Source: Macrostomum lignano
Lineage: Eukaryota
Length of the DNA stretch: 64,000 nt
NCBI GenBank assembly: GCA_002269645.1
Contig: NIVC01002173.1
Span: 1-64,000 of the forward strand
Direction: 5' to 3'
Shown: positions 1-13,611 of the stretch, piece by piece
How positions within the stretch are numbered: the stretch's first letter is position 1
Layout of the letters: every line of letters begins with the position of its first letter
Translations under genes and position numbers: made by a program
Notes under the pieces: generated by a model
Databases searched by the model: none
Seen by the model: only the letters and a program-made list of their open reading frames with translations
Told to the model about the DNA's origin: nothing

Positions 1-2574
1 GAGAGCGGGTGCGAGGTCGAGCCGTTAAGACGAAAGCGTTGGGATTTCGTAGCAGTGCTGGGGACTATGACCCGGCCAGCGTAGCGATTAGCATTTTTAG
101 ATCCCCATCCTAATTGAATCTCGGGCCAGGGGATTTCCAGGAAGAAGGGTGGCAGGCGAATGGATTATTACTAACGGCCTGGGAAAGGCCGCTTTTCATG
201 GCTGCCATCCACCGGCTCGCTGGCCTCGCAGCAAAATTTATGAGCACGAACCGCTGCAGGCAATGCGGCTCTCACCTATTCTATCTTGAAAGGGAAACAG
301 GCTGCTGCTGGAAGCGAGTCATCAATTATGAGCCACGAGGCCGACCCGCTCGCGACCAGAAGTGGCCCTCAGGGCCAGCGGGCCAGCGAAAGTGCGCCTG
401 CGTCTCAAGTTACGGCATAAAGCCGGTTGGATGGCCAACAGCGCACAAGTGCCCCCCCCCCCAACAACCCGAAAGGATGGCTGCTAGCCGCCAGGACGAG
501 AGCCGGTCAGGAGCCAAAATAAAGTCAAACAATGGACTATGGCTGCGAACCTGGCTGGGACCATGGAGGATGCTTTGGCAATACAAGCGATTTTTATTCA
601 TCATCAAAAGTAGGATTAATAAATAGGCAAAAGTTACGAAAGCTAAAGTTTTACTTTCTTCCTAAAAGCTGCGCAGCATTAGTAGTTTGAAAAATGGCTG
701 ACACGTCTCTTCTTCCATACACAGTTAACACCATATTTTTCAACTTCAGCGCTTTTGTGTCAGTCAAGCTGGTCAATCTGACATCTCTGTAGTCACAAAA
801 GTTGCAAGCATATAAAAAGGTAAATAGATGGTCAAGTAAGCTTGGACAATTGACGACGGCAAAAATTATAAGGCAGGATTAAAAGCCACTATGACTTACA
901 ATGGAGTTTAACTTCTTGACAATTTCCATAAGTACAGGAAGCTTCAATGAAGAGCAGGTGGACTTGGTACAAAAAGTACACAGTGATTCTTTATAACTGA
1001 AGGGAAGCAAAAGTCGATAGGCCTAAGTTTCCAATTTATCGGAGTTCATTCCACCACTGACCGCTGATTGACCGACGGAAAGCTTTTCAGATCCTAGACC
1101 ATGATCGAGTCGATAATATGGAAATGGAAATGATTTTCTCAGTTAGTCTTTCTCATCTGTGTCTGAATCGAACTAAGAGGGCCGGGAGCCAACTATCGCA
1201 TACGCTAAAAATAGCATAGCTTTAATGAGTCGGCCGCTGCACTCCACAGTCCAGCCAGCCTTCTGTGAAGGCAATTTATGCAAGCTAGTAACTGAAAAGT
1301 TTGCAGCAAGATGTGGATTTAAGGCCAGACGGACGCAACAGAAACGGGTGTTTTCCATCAACAGATTCGAACCATCAAGTGGTTTTCACTATCAAGTGGG
1401 CAAAAACAAAGGGAAATGCAACTTCTGCACTTCAACACGAGAGCGTACAGTGCAGTGCAACGGGATTTTTACTGGGTGGGCGATAACTGCATGCACTGCG
1501 TACGATCTGCTTCCAATCTGGTCGGAACGGAGTCGCTTGACCTACACGGCTTGTGCGCACAAATTGAACCGTTGCTGCAATCGATCAAAGCCACTTTTTG
1601 CAATACAGAAATGCTTGTCCAGTCGATACACAGAGCTTTTGCATTCATTCTGTGTTGTTCCGAATGCCCGATTCTCCCACGCAAGAACGTGCTGGCCAGC
1701 TGCGATGGTGCCCCTCGCCATCAGTCAGCAAGATGCACTTCTGTTCGCTACTCGTATTTCACGAGAGAAAAATCTTCAACCCAAAACTGACTGACTTATC
1801 GCATTGCGACCAAACGGAAGATTATCTCAGCAGACGGACGTATCTTTCGTGGGGTTTAGAACTGGATATGGGATCACTTTGGCCTTCAATCCCGCACATT
1901 GCTAGCACAAGAAATAGAAATCGACCTGGATTTAATAATGAATAATTCATTAACCAACGTGACAAACGCACTGAGATTTCCGACTACATGCTCTAATATT
2001 ATGTGCGCGGCCATAATCACCTGATCTACTGAGCAGTACTTTGATAACGTCAAAAATTATAGGAGGTAATTCTGTTAAAAGGAAAATATATAACGACGAC
2101 TATAGAAGTTTTATTAAAAACCAAATCAAGTTTTGCAGAGCAGATAACATACATTATATATATGATACATAAAATAGCTTACGCTCGTGGTTACTAGAAT
2201 CGCGTTTTATTAACTTTAAGCAGTTTAACGTTGGCTGAATAGACTAAATAATCCATAAAAATTGATAATCCTAAAAAATTATTGTCAAAATATGGTTGCA
2301 TCTGAGGAGAAAATATGGAAAGGCTTTTAGATTATGTTGTACTCAGACCAGATTAATTAACGGAGGGAAAACGCGGCTCGAGTGACACAGAAATACATGT
2401 ACAAGCAGACGATGAAGTGTGCCAGTAAAATAGTCATTATAAGGGAAGACACAATGAGCTCAGTTGATATGATCCTGGTCGGGATGCCAGAGCACAGATA
2501 GTCTAATTGTATAAACAACTAAGCAACGCTCGCTTATTTAGCACACTCGTACATGCAAATACAAAACATTTCAG

Positions 2575-5500
2575 TTAACGACCTCTTGAATCGACTGCTT
2601 TCAGATAGTCGCAGACAATCTGACTACACTCCATAATATCCAATGGGGAGGTAAACGTAAACTGCATTTTGCGGTAGCAAGAAGACTTTGACATGCTGGT
2701 GACCAAGAAAAAGTTGTAATTCTGACCGCCAAAAGCGACAAGGTCAACAAGATTCACCTGCTCAATTACACTCTGCTCGTTTGCGTCAAAGATGTGGATT
2801 GCCTGCTCAGATACAGCCAGCAGCAAATCTGTGCCTCGATAGAGATCAAAATCCACGCATCGGCAGGGGAAAAATCTTGCTCCGAGATGGTCCTGACCAG
2901 AAAGGGAGCCAATGTAGTTGCGGAGACACATCAACTTCGTCTTGGAACAATTCGCACCCCACTGTTCTAGTAGCATGAGCTTCAGGTGCATGACTCGATC
3001 CTCTTCCTGAGTCACCACAAGTGGAAACAATTGCTTAATGAGAAGGCCGAGCGTTTGATCCTTGTGAATAATCTGTTTGTAATCACCCTTCAGAGCTTGG
3101 CAAAGGTGCGCGACTGTAATCAGAAGTGTCACCCCATCGACAGGATAGTAGCTGACGAGAAGGTCAAACTGGATTTGGTAGACGATGGCTTCTAATTCGA
3201 CATCCATAGTTCAGTATCGAACAAGCTTAGCTGATAAGAGCGACATCGAAGATAGAAATCCACAGGAGTGCGACTTGGCCTGTCTTTTATAGACAAATGT
3301 GCGATCGAAGCTGGACTAGACTTGACATCTTCAAATGTACTGATGCTTACTCCATTGTCACATTTGCTCAGAACATCACACACCTTCCATGTTGCATCTA
3401 AGTACACAAACGACTGATTGTCCTTGACATAAATTGAGTAGACGACGTTTGGAGTCGAAGGAAGATCAAAAGCTGTGATTGCGGACCTGCAAAGATCGGC
3501 AACAGTTGATGAGCCGTGAAAGCCCACGACTTTGTAGGGCTTTCCGAGTAAAGAAACTGGAACACTAAACGGGTCAGAAACTGAAAATGGCTGCCTTAAA
3601 AGCATTGAGTTCACCTCTAAGGACGATGGCGGCTGAGATCGACCACCAAGTTCACGAGTCTTGTGAATGCAAGATTGACAGAAGCTGCGAACTTGGCGAC
3701 AAGAGCGTTGTTGCTTTTAAGCTGCTCATTTAGATAATATTCAGCAAATGAAAGGACTAAGTCCGATGGTAAAAACAGAGGCACAATTAGTGATAACAGC
3801 TGCCAAGACGACTGGATCACCGCAGGAAGATCTGAATCCGCTATACGAGGTTGCTGGCTGCTGGCTGATATTGTCGATGTGCTTGAGTGCGCAGAGCAAA
3901 AAAGCTTGGGAGATGTGCACTTGAACTTTGACTTGAGCTCTTTTGGAGTCAGCTTCGACTTCGGCGAAGGAATGGTTTGCATCAAAAGCTGCAAATACAG
4001 TTCATCTTTTAAGAGAGGCAGGTCAAAACAGTGCAAACTTAGTCTTTTTACCAAATCTGCCTTTTCCATCGCGTTTGCTTCGGTTGATGGATAGACATAA
4101 AGTAAAATGAGATGAAACAGTAAAATCGCCGAGTTGCTTAAATCAGATGGGAGCTTTGAAACTGGAGCTTCAATCAGCTGGTCTGAGTGACAAAAATTCC
4201 CATAAAACTCGTCGCTGATCAAGAGCGCAAGATGGTTTGAAAACGGTGAGCTCAGCCAAGACTGCCTTCTTGGCATCACCTTGCGGCTCGACTTTGGTGT
4301 CGGCGTTTTAGGAACAGAAGGCGGCTCGGCATTAACTTTTGGTTCGATTCGACTCCCAATCTGCGTCAAAAGATGCCTCCACCTAATGAACTCGGATTCA
4401 TCAGAGCAAATGAAATATACTGGTTCCTTTCCTTTTGCTCGAATAGCCAAAGTCCGGCTATGAGAGTTAACTTCGCTGTAGTCTCCATCACTTTCAGAGG
4501 AGCTGCCACCACTTACCTCGTAAATAATGCTGTTAGATAAATCTTTATTTCCCGTCGGTACGGAATCATTGTGACGCTTGTAGTACACCAAGAAGTGACC
4601 ATACAATCGACAGTAAAACTTTTTACTATTTCCGCACTTGACTCGTTTTAGCCACCCCTTGAGCAGCAACTGACCGGAATTCCTTTGCACGATTAGTTCA
4701 GAGCTGTGACGCTTAATAGCACCGATCATCGCATAATACCAGAGTGACCTCTCGCTTGTGGAGTCGCAACTCAAGTACAATGACTTTTCGGATCCTTTTA
4801 CTTTTAGGTCAATGCCATAATCGTGCAGACTAGACCGGTTTACTAACTCAATGTCTTCTAGAGAGACGCATAGTTGGGCCTTCTGCTTTGCACCAGGCTT
4901 TGCTGGGTAGAACAACAGGCTTTGAGTCGTCAATATGCACCAGAAACGTTTCCAAACTTTGAATTTTCCACTGAGCTTATTAACGAATCCATTTTTTATC
5001 ACTTTTGATTCTGGCAAAGGATCATTTTGCAAAGGACCAGCGGCCAGTAAGACTGCAGCATTAGCGGAATCTCCTGTGGCGCTTGTATCATCGGGAGGTA
5101 GATAATAGTCCATGCTGACAGACGAGGCGCTGACTGCACTCTCTGACATTACAGATCGACCGTTTGGATCATTTTGAAAAGCGTTGTCGTATTCTGAGCT
5201 CTCACATTCAGAGTTATCAAACTGGAGATCGATTGGATGCAACTGGACTAACCTAGCTGAGCCTTTGACACACGAATAGATGGGCAGAGCAGCAGTCAAT
5301 GCCTTGATTTCTTGCTTACGCTCCGACGTAAAAACGATAGCCTCGTGAACACGCTTGGCCAAATCTTGTTTTAACAAACCCTTAATAGAAGACAAAACCT
5401 GGATGCTGGAATTAAGGGACCCAGGAATCATAGCTTGTCGTGAAGAAATCTGTTTAGTTTTGGAAGATGCCAGAATATCCGGAGAATCACGGACATTTCT

Positions 5501-7051
5501 CGCTGAAGAATCGCTGTTACTGCTGGCTCCTAGCAGAATGCGCTCCTCTGAGTTTTGAAGCTTGATAGGAGCAGCGGATGAGTGCACCAGGATCTTATCT
5601 TGCATAGGAGTGTTCGGTTCAGACAGGTTATCTCTTCCACTCTTGCTCACTGATCCCAATGGCGGCCGGTCTTGCTGCATGCCTTTTCGCAAGTGGCCAG
5701 GCTTTAGCATCGCTTTTCTGTGCTCCCGCACAGCCGGTTCAGTATGAAGCAGCGTTCGCTCAAAAGAGGAAGACAAATTGCCTTCTGACAGATCCCAGAC
5801 AGGTCTGACGCCCGATTCCTCACTAAGTTGATGCTTCAGTTGATAAGGAGGGTGTGCTCTTGGCTTTCCAAATATTCTATTCCTCAGAATTGGCTCATAG
5901 TCATCAGTTCCGCCAATGCAATCATAAAGGGCTTCGGATGCACTCTCTTCTGGCGCCCTTTTCACCCCAGATGCTGAACTGCCTGGCTCGGCAGGAAGAC
6001 TGTACAAAGTCTGGCCACTTTGAGTGCTTCCTTGCTGAAGGGTAGCAGCGGCATAACTTCTTGAGCTTCTATTGCTAGCTGAGCTGTCAATATACGGCTG
6101 CGGGTCAACTGAGGCCGGCAGAAATTGCTTGCGATTGATTCGCACTTTAGGCGGCGCGGGTTTGGTTGAGAATGCCTTTGTTTCACCAAAATCAGCGGAG
6201 GGCACGGTCATGCTGGCCGACGGACTCTCCATCTGATAGAACGTAGTGTTTGGACTGATGTAAAATTCCTGCATACCTATAGGGCCTCGCTCGAAGTCCT
6301 CGGAGGTCGATGCCAAAGCAGGCGATGACGTGTCCAGATTGGAGCTGGGAGTTACGCCGCTAACGCTACCGTCGGTGCTGGTAATTTGAGAGCCGCTACT
6401 GGAAGGTGAAGAGGCGTATGATATTCTTACCGTATCAACGGTGATATTATTTAGCACGAAATTCTCATAGGTTTCCGACAAGCTCGAATAGCAATCTAGA
6501 GAGCGTGGCGAGCTGTAGCTTTTTCTGAAATCACTATTGGTGGTACCGCTACTGTTAGATGTGTCCTTCGGCCCGGCAGAGGCTGACAGCAGTCGCTTCG
6601 GATCGTTCAAGTCGGACTCGCTGTAGCTGTTGCGCGATAACGACTTACTGAGCCGGTGCGTACCGGGTAGAAGCGTTTCCTGAGTCTTTTCACTCAGCTT
6701 CTTCTGGCTGTTGACAGCTTGCAACTCGCGATTGATGGCCTCAGACAGACTGAGCACTTGCGAGCCGAGCTGCAGCAGACTCGAACGATAGAATGAGAGA
6801 CGATTAAGGCGCACGTGGTTGGGATTCAACTGGATGAACTCGAGTCGGGTCTCGATAGTGGAGCGCAGAAGGCGCAGACGTCTGGTGAGAATGAGAAATG
6901 CGCCAGGCGCGTTGTGCAACAGATCGCTGTAAGAGGCAGCCAATTCGTGCAGCTCCTGGCTAAGAGCGGCGATCACCAGCCTCTCATCAGGATTCAATTG
7001 GCCGAGAGGATCAGATTGGGCCGAGGATTCCGGACCGCCCGTCTCAGACAT
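2575..7051 (-). CDS. PLEKHH: PLEKHH1/2 / MAX-1-like PH-PH-MyTH4-FERM protein, single exon, two apparent 1-nt deletions (~3682 and ~3210); about 1492 aa if repaired
   Basis: ORF 3617-7051 has a long low-complexity N-terminus, PH1 (KNGFVNKLSGKFKVWKRFWCIL), PH2 (LLKGWLKRVKCGNSKKFYCRLYGHFLVYYK) and MyTH4 (LKDELYLQLLMQT...SWQLLSLIVPLFLPS). The shifted frame continues CQSCIHKTRELGGRSQPPSSLEVNSMLLRQP (canonical MyTH4 end) into ORF 3192-3614 (FERM F1), then ORF 2575-3207 (FERM F2/F3, LGARFFPC). The domain order is that of the PLEKHH family. Confidence 0.88.
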
Positions 7052-10000
7052 TCAGCGCGTCGGATGAGATCAAACAATACTGGAGCTCGGAGTCGATCGT
7101 AGTCAGTGTCTGGGGGGATTAGCGCAGATCTCTGACCCTTAAGGGCCAATGCAACGCGTCTAATGAAATGCTACCCGCAGAGGGCAGAGCGGAGCCGATA
7201 ATAACTGAGTCGATAGCCGCCTGGCCCCAGAGGAGGCGAGACCGGCAGTCATGTGGCAGCTGGATGGTCAGGTCCAGAATCCAGGATTGGAGCAGCGGAT
7301 GTAGCGAAAACTGCAGCAGACTGAGCCCTCGGCTTCCCTAAGGCAGGCAGAGGCCGCGGCAATCTGTTCCACTGCACGTGTCTCGTCGAATGAAACGCTT
7401 TAAAACAGCCGCGGTCTGGTAGCCAAACCAGCTGGTCGCTGCTAACTTGCTAAGACTGGCACTTCTCTCTAGTACATGGGCCAGAAAAGGCCAAAAACAC
7501 AGGACAGAACGAAGACCCTGCTTGTCGATGGGGAAAATATGAGCCTATGGGGATTACAGGGTACAGGGGAGAAACGCAAACGGATTGGAAGGGTGTGGCG
7601 TGGGAGAAGAAGATACGCTGCGATGGGATAACTTAGCCTTTCTCACCGGTCCAATGAGGAAAAAGCTGGGATTTTTTGGATAGCCGGTTTTAGGAAAGAT
7701 GTTGAAATCCTTTGAGGGATGCAGACGGCACTGGGTGCAATCATTGTTATGATTTCTCTGAACTTTCCCACATATATCTTTATCTAGCATTAACGTCACA
7801 GAAAGTTTGTCCTTTTATTTTCTTTTCCCCAGATATAGGTTTAGCGAGGCCAAAACATAATACAAAGGCAGACTGCAGCCAAGCATTTTTAATCCAAGTC
7901 AAGCATTAAGTCGAACATACGCTGTACTAAGAGCATTTCCTCTACTAAGATAGCAGCTAAAGACCTACAAGATGAGACCGAATAGACGCTAAGGGGCTTG
8001 TGAGCATAGGCACTCTAATGACAGCCCTAATTAGGAAAGCAGATGGGAGAGAGTGGCAAACAGGAAAAAAACCTCGGCCACTGGTCGAACGAGGCAAACT
8101 TTATGCCCGCGAAGGGGAAGAGGGCCGAACGCCAGGAAGATGGCAAAGTTACCAAAGCCGATGCCAAGCGGCGCTAGGAGGCTGCGCGTTCACCGTCGTC
8201 TCATCATAGACAGAAACGGGCGCACAGTGGTGGAAAATCAGATGCAAGGGGCCAGACAGCAGCCAGTCAAACGAGGGAGAAAATCCAGTTGGCAAATTGA
8301 AGCAATCGGAATTTCCAGCGGGATTTTCGCAAGTGAGAAAACTGCCAGGTCGGCTGCAGTGGCCCAAAAAATGATTTGCTTTGCTGCCAGATCAAATTGC
8401 GATTCGCGCAGCCGCTCTGCATCTTTCTATCCAGTATCAGGAGCGGGCGGGTTCTGTCTGGATTTCTTAATTCAAGGCAATTTCTTGAGGCTCGGCTGCA
8501 ATGAGCCAGCCAGCACAGAGGCCGGGCCTCATTCGCATGACACCGAGGGCAGCAGACAGTGTAGTGAAATTCAAAACCCACACAGTTCGACAGAGTCTGT
8601 GTGACAAGGCCGCCTATTTTCCTTATCGTAGCACTCGCAGATGCAGAGGGCGATGCACTAATTATGCATTAGGAGAGACAGGGAGCTGCATTCCTTTCTT
8701 ATTAGCTGCCTGGCTGCATCCCCAAATGGGATTATAAGCCGCGTGGGTTTTTACACAAAAAATTGATTCTATGCATGACATGATAACGAATTTTGCCACT
8801 GCCTTGAAATTTGGATGTGGATCGGCATCATGTGGATGTCACCACAGAAATATACAATTATATACACTTTTCTACACAAAGCAATGTCAAGTTGTCAAGC
8901 ATCAGGCAAACAAAGTATATAAAACTATTGCCAACAAGACTTGCTTTTAGTATGCCGAATTAGACAGACAAGAATACTTTAGACTTAAAAAATGCACTTG
9001 GCTACTAAAAGTAGGGATCTAAAACAGCAATGTGAAGAGAAACAAATATTTACTTGCAAGTGAAGTTACATGATGGCAATTGGCAAAATTAGAAAAAAAA
9101 CAATTATAAATAGATTGGCTAAACCAATCATTTCATTCTTTGGATATTGTTAACACACAGGGTGGGTGCACCATAGGTATAGGTCTTTTGTACATTTTTT
9201 GTACTTCTTGTCTAGATTTAATTCTATTTATTAGCTGTTTTGATATAGTCTACACAGATTTTATGATTTTAGAACAAAAAAGTCAAGGCTTCTATACCAT
9301 GTACACCCTAAGTATATCCTATATACTAAAATTCCTATTGTATATATATTTGCATATTTAGAAGTCAGTAGAATAGGCAAAATAGATTGTCTCCATTAGA
9401 TGTAGGTTGATTATTACTCCAACTTGCAGCAATACCGGCAAAGCCTCCTACAAAAAATATGCTAATCTTTTAATATAATAAAAATAGGCATATAACTAAA
9501 CTACAAGTCTTATATAATACAATACATATTTACACTAGAAAAGAAAAAGCAAGATAGATAAAACAAAACTATATAAAAGAAACTTTATTACAAATTTAAA
9601 ATGTTAATATACAATATTTATAAACTTATTTTGTTTATTCTGATAAAATATTGGTTCTATATTATATCCAATTGATTGTTTTTATATCCTATAATTTTAT
9701 TAAATGTCAAACAAAAGACTTTTAGAACTAAAGATAGATACTGATTATTTATAATTCACTTAAAATCTATACCTATAATGAATATAAGATGTAAACTGAG
9801 ACAATTTTGAAGGAAAACATAAATTTATACATTAAAGATGGTTTGTTGATAGGCATCTAGGTCAATGATCAATTTTAGATCTATTAGAAATATAGTATAT
9901 TTTTTACTTAATTTATTGAGTAGACTAGAACATGTATTATATAGCACAATATATTTTAAGAAAAAATATTCACAGAAAGGGCTCTACTATTACTAAAGCA

Positions 10001-10417
10001 TAGATAAATTTTGTTCTAAACCTATTATAGGCCCCTCTAGTCCATAATAGTCTAGAAATTTATTTAAGCATATAGCTAATGCCTATATTTGGCTATTTAA
10101 TGTAATGTAATGTTACATATAATAGGACAATAATATCAAAGAATTTTTAGCCCTATACACAACATAAAAAGTTAGATCATATTTGAATTATATATATAGA
10201 AACTTCTACCCTATTTCAAATTACCTAATATTTTTATGCTCTAAATATTCTCAATAGACTAGACTAAAATTCAACAGCTAAAATAAAGAATAGGAAGTTT
10301 TATGGATATAATAGAGAGGATTCAATAGATAGATCAAGTTGAATATGGAGGCTATTACCATAATAGATGTATTATAAAAAGGCAAATATTTTATTGTCCT
10401 TAGGTTTTTATTATTGC

Positions 10418-10458
<41 letters not shown>

Positions 10459-10537
10459 GACTATCTATCTATGGCTTTATTACATAATAAAAGTCTCCTA
10501 AAATATTATCTTTGAATTTGAAAGCATAGACTAGGCC

Positions 10538-10977
10538 CCACAGTCATGAAGGTGGTAGATTTCATGCAAAATTGTGGCGCACACAGAGGATTTTTTTGGC
10601 GCACATGGCACAAATGGCACAGAAAAAAATTTATTGTGCGCCGTGTGTGCACATAAAATGTACAAAGTGTCTTACCTGGTGTAGTCTATACTATATTAAC
10701 TTCTTAGTTCATATGTAAAAGATAAAACACAATAACAAACTTGCCTTTTTAAATTTAAAATGGCACAAGAAGGTTTTTTAAATTACGGTAACATTACATG
10801 TGTACCTAAAAAAAGATTACAACAATCATTGTTTTTTTAAACTCAAAACAAAAAATTAAAAAACACATAAAATTATATTTGTAAATACATACATTTTTTG
10901 ACGCATGGCACACAGTTAAAAAAATTACGAAGGATTTGATTTGTTGCGACGCACACGGCGCACCTTCCTGATTATGG
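10538..10977. mobile_element. Non-autonomous DNA transposon (MITE), 440 bp, imperfect 17-bp TIRs, 8-bp TSD
   Basis: Left end ccacagtcatgaaggtg versus reverse complement of right end ccataatcaggaaggtg (14/17). It is flanked by the direct repeat ACTAGGCC at 10530-10537 and 10978-10985, with subterminal gcgcac/ggcac motifs. Confidence 0.7.
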
Positions 10978-11930
10978 ACTAGGCCTAGCATTTTTTAAAG
11001 ATAAAAGTATATTTACACTTGTCCTTAATTTCTAATACTTAATTAAAAAATTAAATAATCTAAATGGAATGGCTTAAATGCAATGTTTTAAATATTAAAC
11101 AGCAAAAATGAATACTAAATAGGCTTAGTGATAATTTGGTAATCTAATCTTTGGCCCAAATAATTGACAATTTTTTTACCTAATAATAATTATATTTAGG
11201 CTAGGCCTAGTACTATGTTAGGCTGATAGCAATGTGACAGAGTACAAGAACACATACATCATTGAAAAAGCTTTAAATCTCATTAATTAAGTTTAAAAAA
11301 TTGTATAAAATAGAATAGTGGCATGACATGATAGCAATTTCCCTTACATTAACATCGGCTAATAGCCTGATAGGCACCAATGACCAATTGTGGATGGATT
11401 TAAAAAAATGCTTAGTTCAGTGAAAGTAATTCTTTAGATTAATATACCAAGAAATAGAGACCTGCAAATTAGATGCTTAAAAATTGCAAGTTATTAAATC
11501 TGCGTCACAAAGTCCTGTTTGTGCTATGCTACACGACGCGTGCGTGCGTGCAGTGCACGTGGGTAACCCTGAAAATATTTAAATCAGCGCGCTTTGTTTC
11601 TAGGAACACTGTACGCGATCGATTCTCTATAGTGTCCGAGATTTTTTCTTCGCACACCGTTTAGACCTATCAATTCTTGATTTTGCTTTTGAACAAATTC
11701 CTGCTGAAAATAAGATTTCTAATATTAAAAGCACCTATAAAAAAGAAGCCTGGAAAGAGACAAGTAAATTTTAATTCGCGGATAATTTTTCTTAACTGGA
11801 GTCTGTTTTTAAGTTGTCAGGCAATTATTTTTTTAATTTGGTTTTGGAAAAAAATTGTTTCTTGATGCAAGTCAATATCTCAGAAATACTCAGCAGGAAG
11901 TTGCTATGGAAATTCCATACAAGAGGAAAC

Positions 11931-12628
11931 CAAGGACGACTTAAGTAGAAGGACGGGAAACCTCGTTTCTTAGAAAATTTTTGAAGGCACTTTTTCCCGA
12001 AAAAATACACTGCGGAGATAGGAAATTTTCATTTTTTCAGCACAAAAATTGCTATAACTTTTGATAGGAGGCAGATCCAGTGTTGATCTTTTGATATGTT
12101 GTGCCTTTTTTATTGCTCTATCGATATTTATAAAGCTTTCCGTTCAGAAAATTAGGATTCTATGTTAATTTTTTATTCTACGTATATTTTCATGTGTCTT
12201 GTGCTTGAAATACATTAGAATGCCACGGCTTGGCTCTTTGATTTTATGAGTCTATTTTATCCTTCTTACCTGACTGTTTAGCAAATAGTCGTAACATAGA
12301 TGATAAAATAGATTCATAAAACCAAATATTAGAGCTGTGTCATGCATTTTTGTGATTTTTAGATACAGGAAATATACGTAGAATAAAAAATTAACATAGA
12401 ATCCTAATTTTCTGAACGGAAAGCTTTATAAATATCGATAGAGCAATAAAAAAGGCACAACATATCAAAAGATCAACACTGGATCTGCCTCCTATAAAAA
12501 GTTTTAGCAATTTTTGTGCTGAAAAAATGAAAATTTCCTATCTCCGTAGTGTATTTTTTCGGGAAAAAGTGCCTTCAAAAATTTTCTAAGAAACGAGGTT
12601 TCCCGTCCTTCTACTTAAGTCGTCCTTG
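11931..12628. mobile_element. Foldback/MITE with ~260-bp near-perfect TIRs and 8-bp TSD (hAT- or P-like ends)
   Basis: Arm 11931-12189 is the near-perfect reverse complement of 12370-12628. Ends are CAAGG...CCTTG, and the TSD GAGGAAAC lies at 11923-11930 and 12629-12636. Confidence 0.9.
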
Positions 12629-13611
12629 GAGGAAACTTGTCTGTACACTTAGACCTGAATGTAGTGCATGTAGAGCTATAATATCTACGAGTACATGAGC
12701 ATATAAACAGGCACCGTCCGAGCACATATTTTATCACTGCTGTTTGCTTTTTTAAAAATGTTCTAAAAATTTATAGAGCAACCGGGTTTTGACACAACTC
12801 AGTTAAATGTCACTGTCAGCATAACTGACTTCATTGGTAAAAACTGCAGCGTGTATACGTAATCGTATATTTAATATCATTTTTTTTCGTTACATTTTAA
12901 AAATGAAACAGCATAATTGGGCTAAACATGCGTGTTACAAAGACAATCGATGTACAAGGATAAAATATGTTTGGAGATTTAATAAAACTCATCAACTAAT
13001 GGCCAAAACGGCGAAAGTTAGCGGTTAGTCTGAGAAAAGCTACGTAACATACATGTAGGGCACCTACATGTACACTGATTTAAAAAAATAATTAAAAACG
13101 TTAGCATGCAAAACGAGTTCTCAAGTAGCAATCTATACACTTAAAATTTAAAGCTAATTGTGTTGGCAGAAAATGCAACCGGGCAGGTTGGGGTTTCAGA
13201 TCAGAAAATCATTTCATCAGGCCAGATTAGTTTAGTAAAATAAAACAAGAATATTAAATAAAATCAGGACATGAGTGTAGGAATGCAATTCATCTGATTG
13301 AAGTGAGCAGGATTTGACAATTTAAACAATAAAGAATGCGATAAAATATCAAATATCGCGCTTTGCTACCTAAATATGACAAAATTAGCTCAGTTGTGCA
13401 TTTAATGAAACAGTTTGGTCAATGCGATAATTTGACTGTTACGATAACCTGCGATTGTTAGGCACGACGAAAGCATGGCTAAATTAAATATAAGTTTTAA
13501 TAATTAGTCTGATTAGATTAGCAGAGGCCACAGTTGATTAGTTTTATAATTAGACTAATACTAGGGTTCAATCTCACTCACTTTAGAGGACTTGTTGAAA
13601 CCCGAGACATG

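Noticed and set aside
114-1945. ORFs 114-626, 1225-1794, 1416-1790 and 1598-1945; fleeting similarity of LQQDVDLRPDGR to exosome RRP42 and of DFYWVG to an integrase zinc finger
   Set aside because: The motif matches are too short and the expected neighbouring motifs are absent. No product can be supported.
8053-8604. 183-aa plus-strand ORF upstream of PLEKHH
   Set aside because: No recognisable domain. It lies in the CpG-rich presumptive promoter/5' region of the minus-strand gene.
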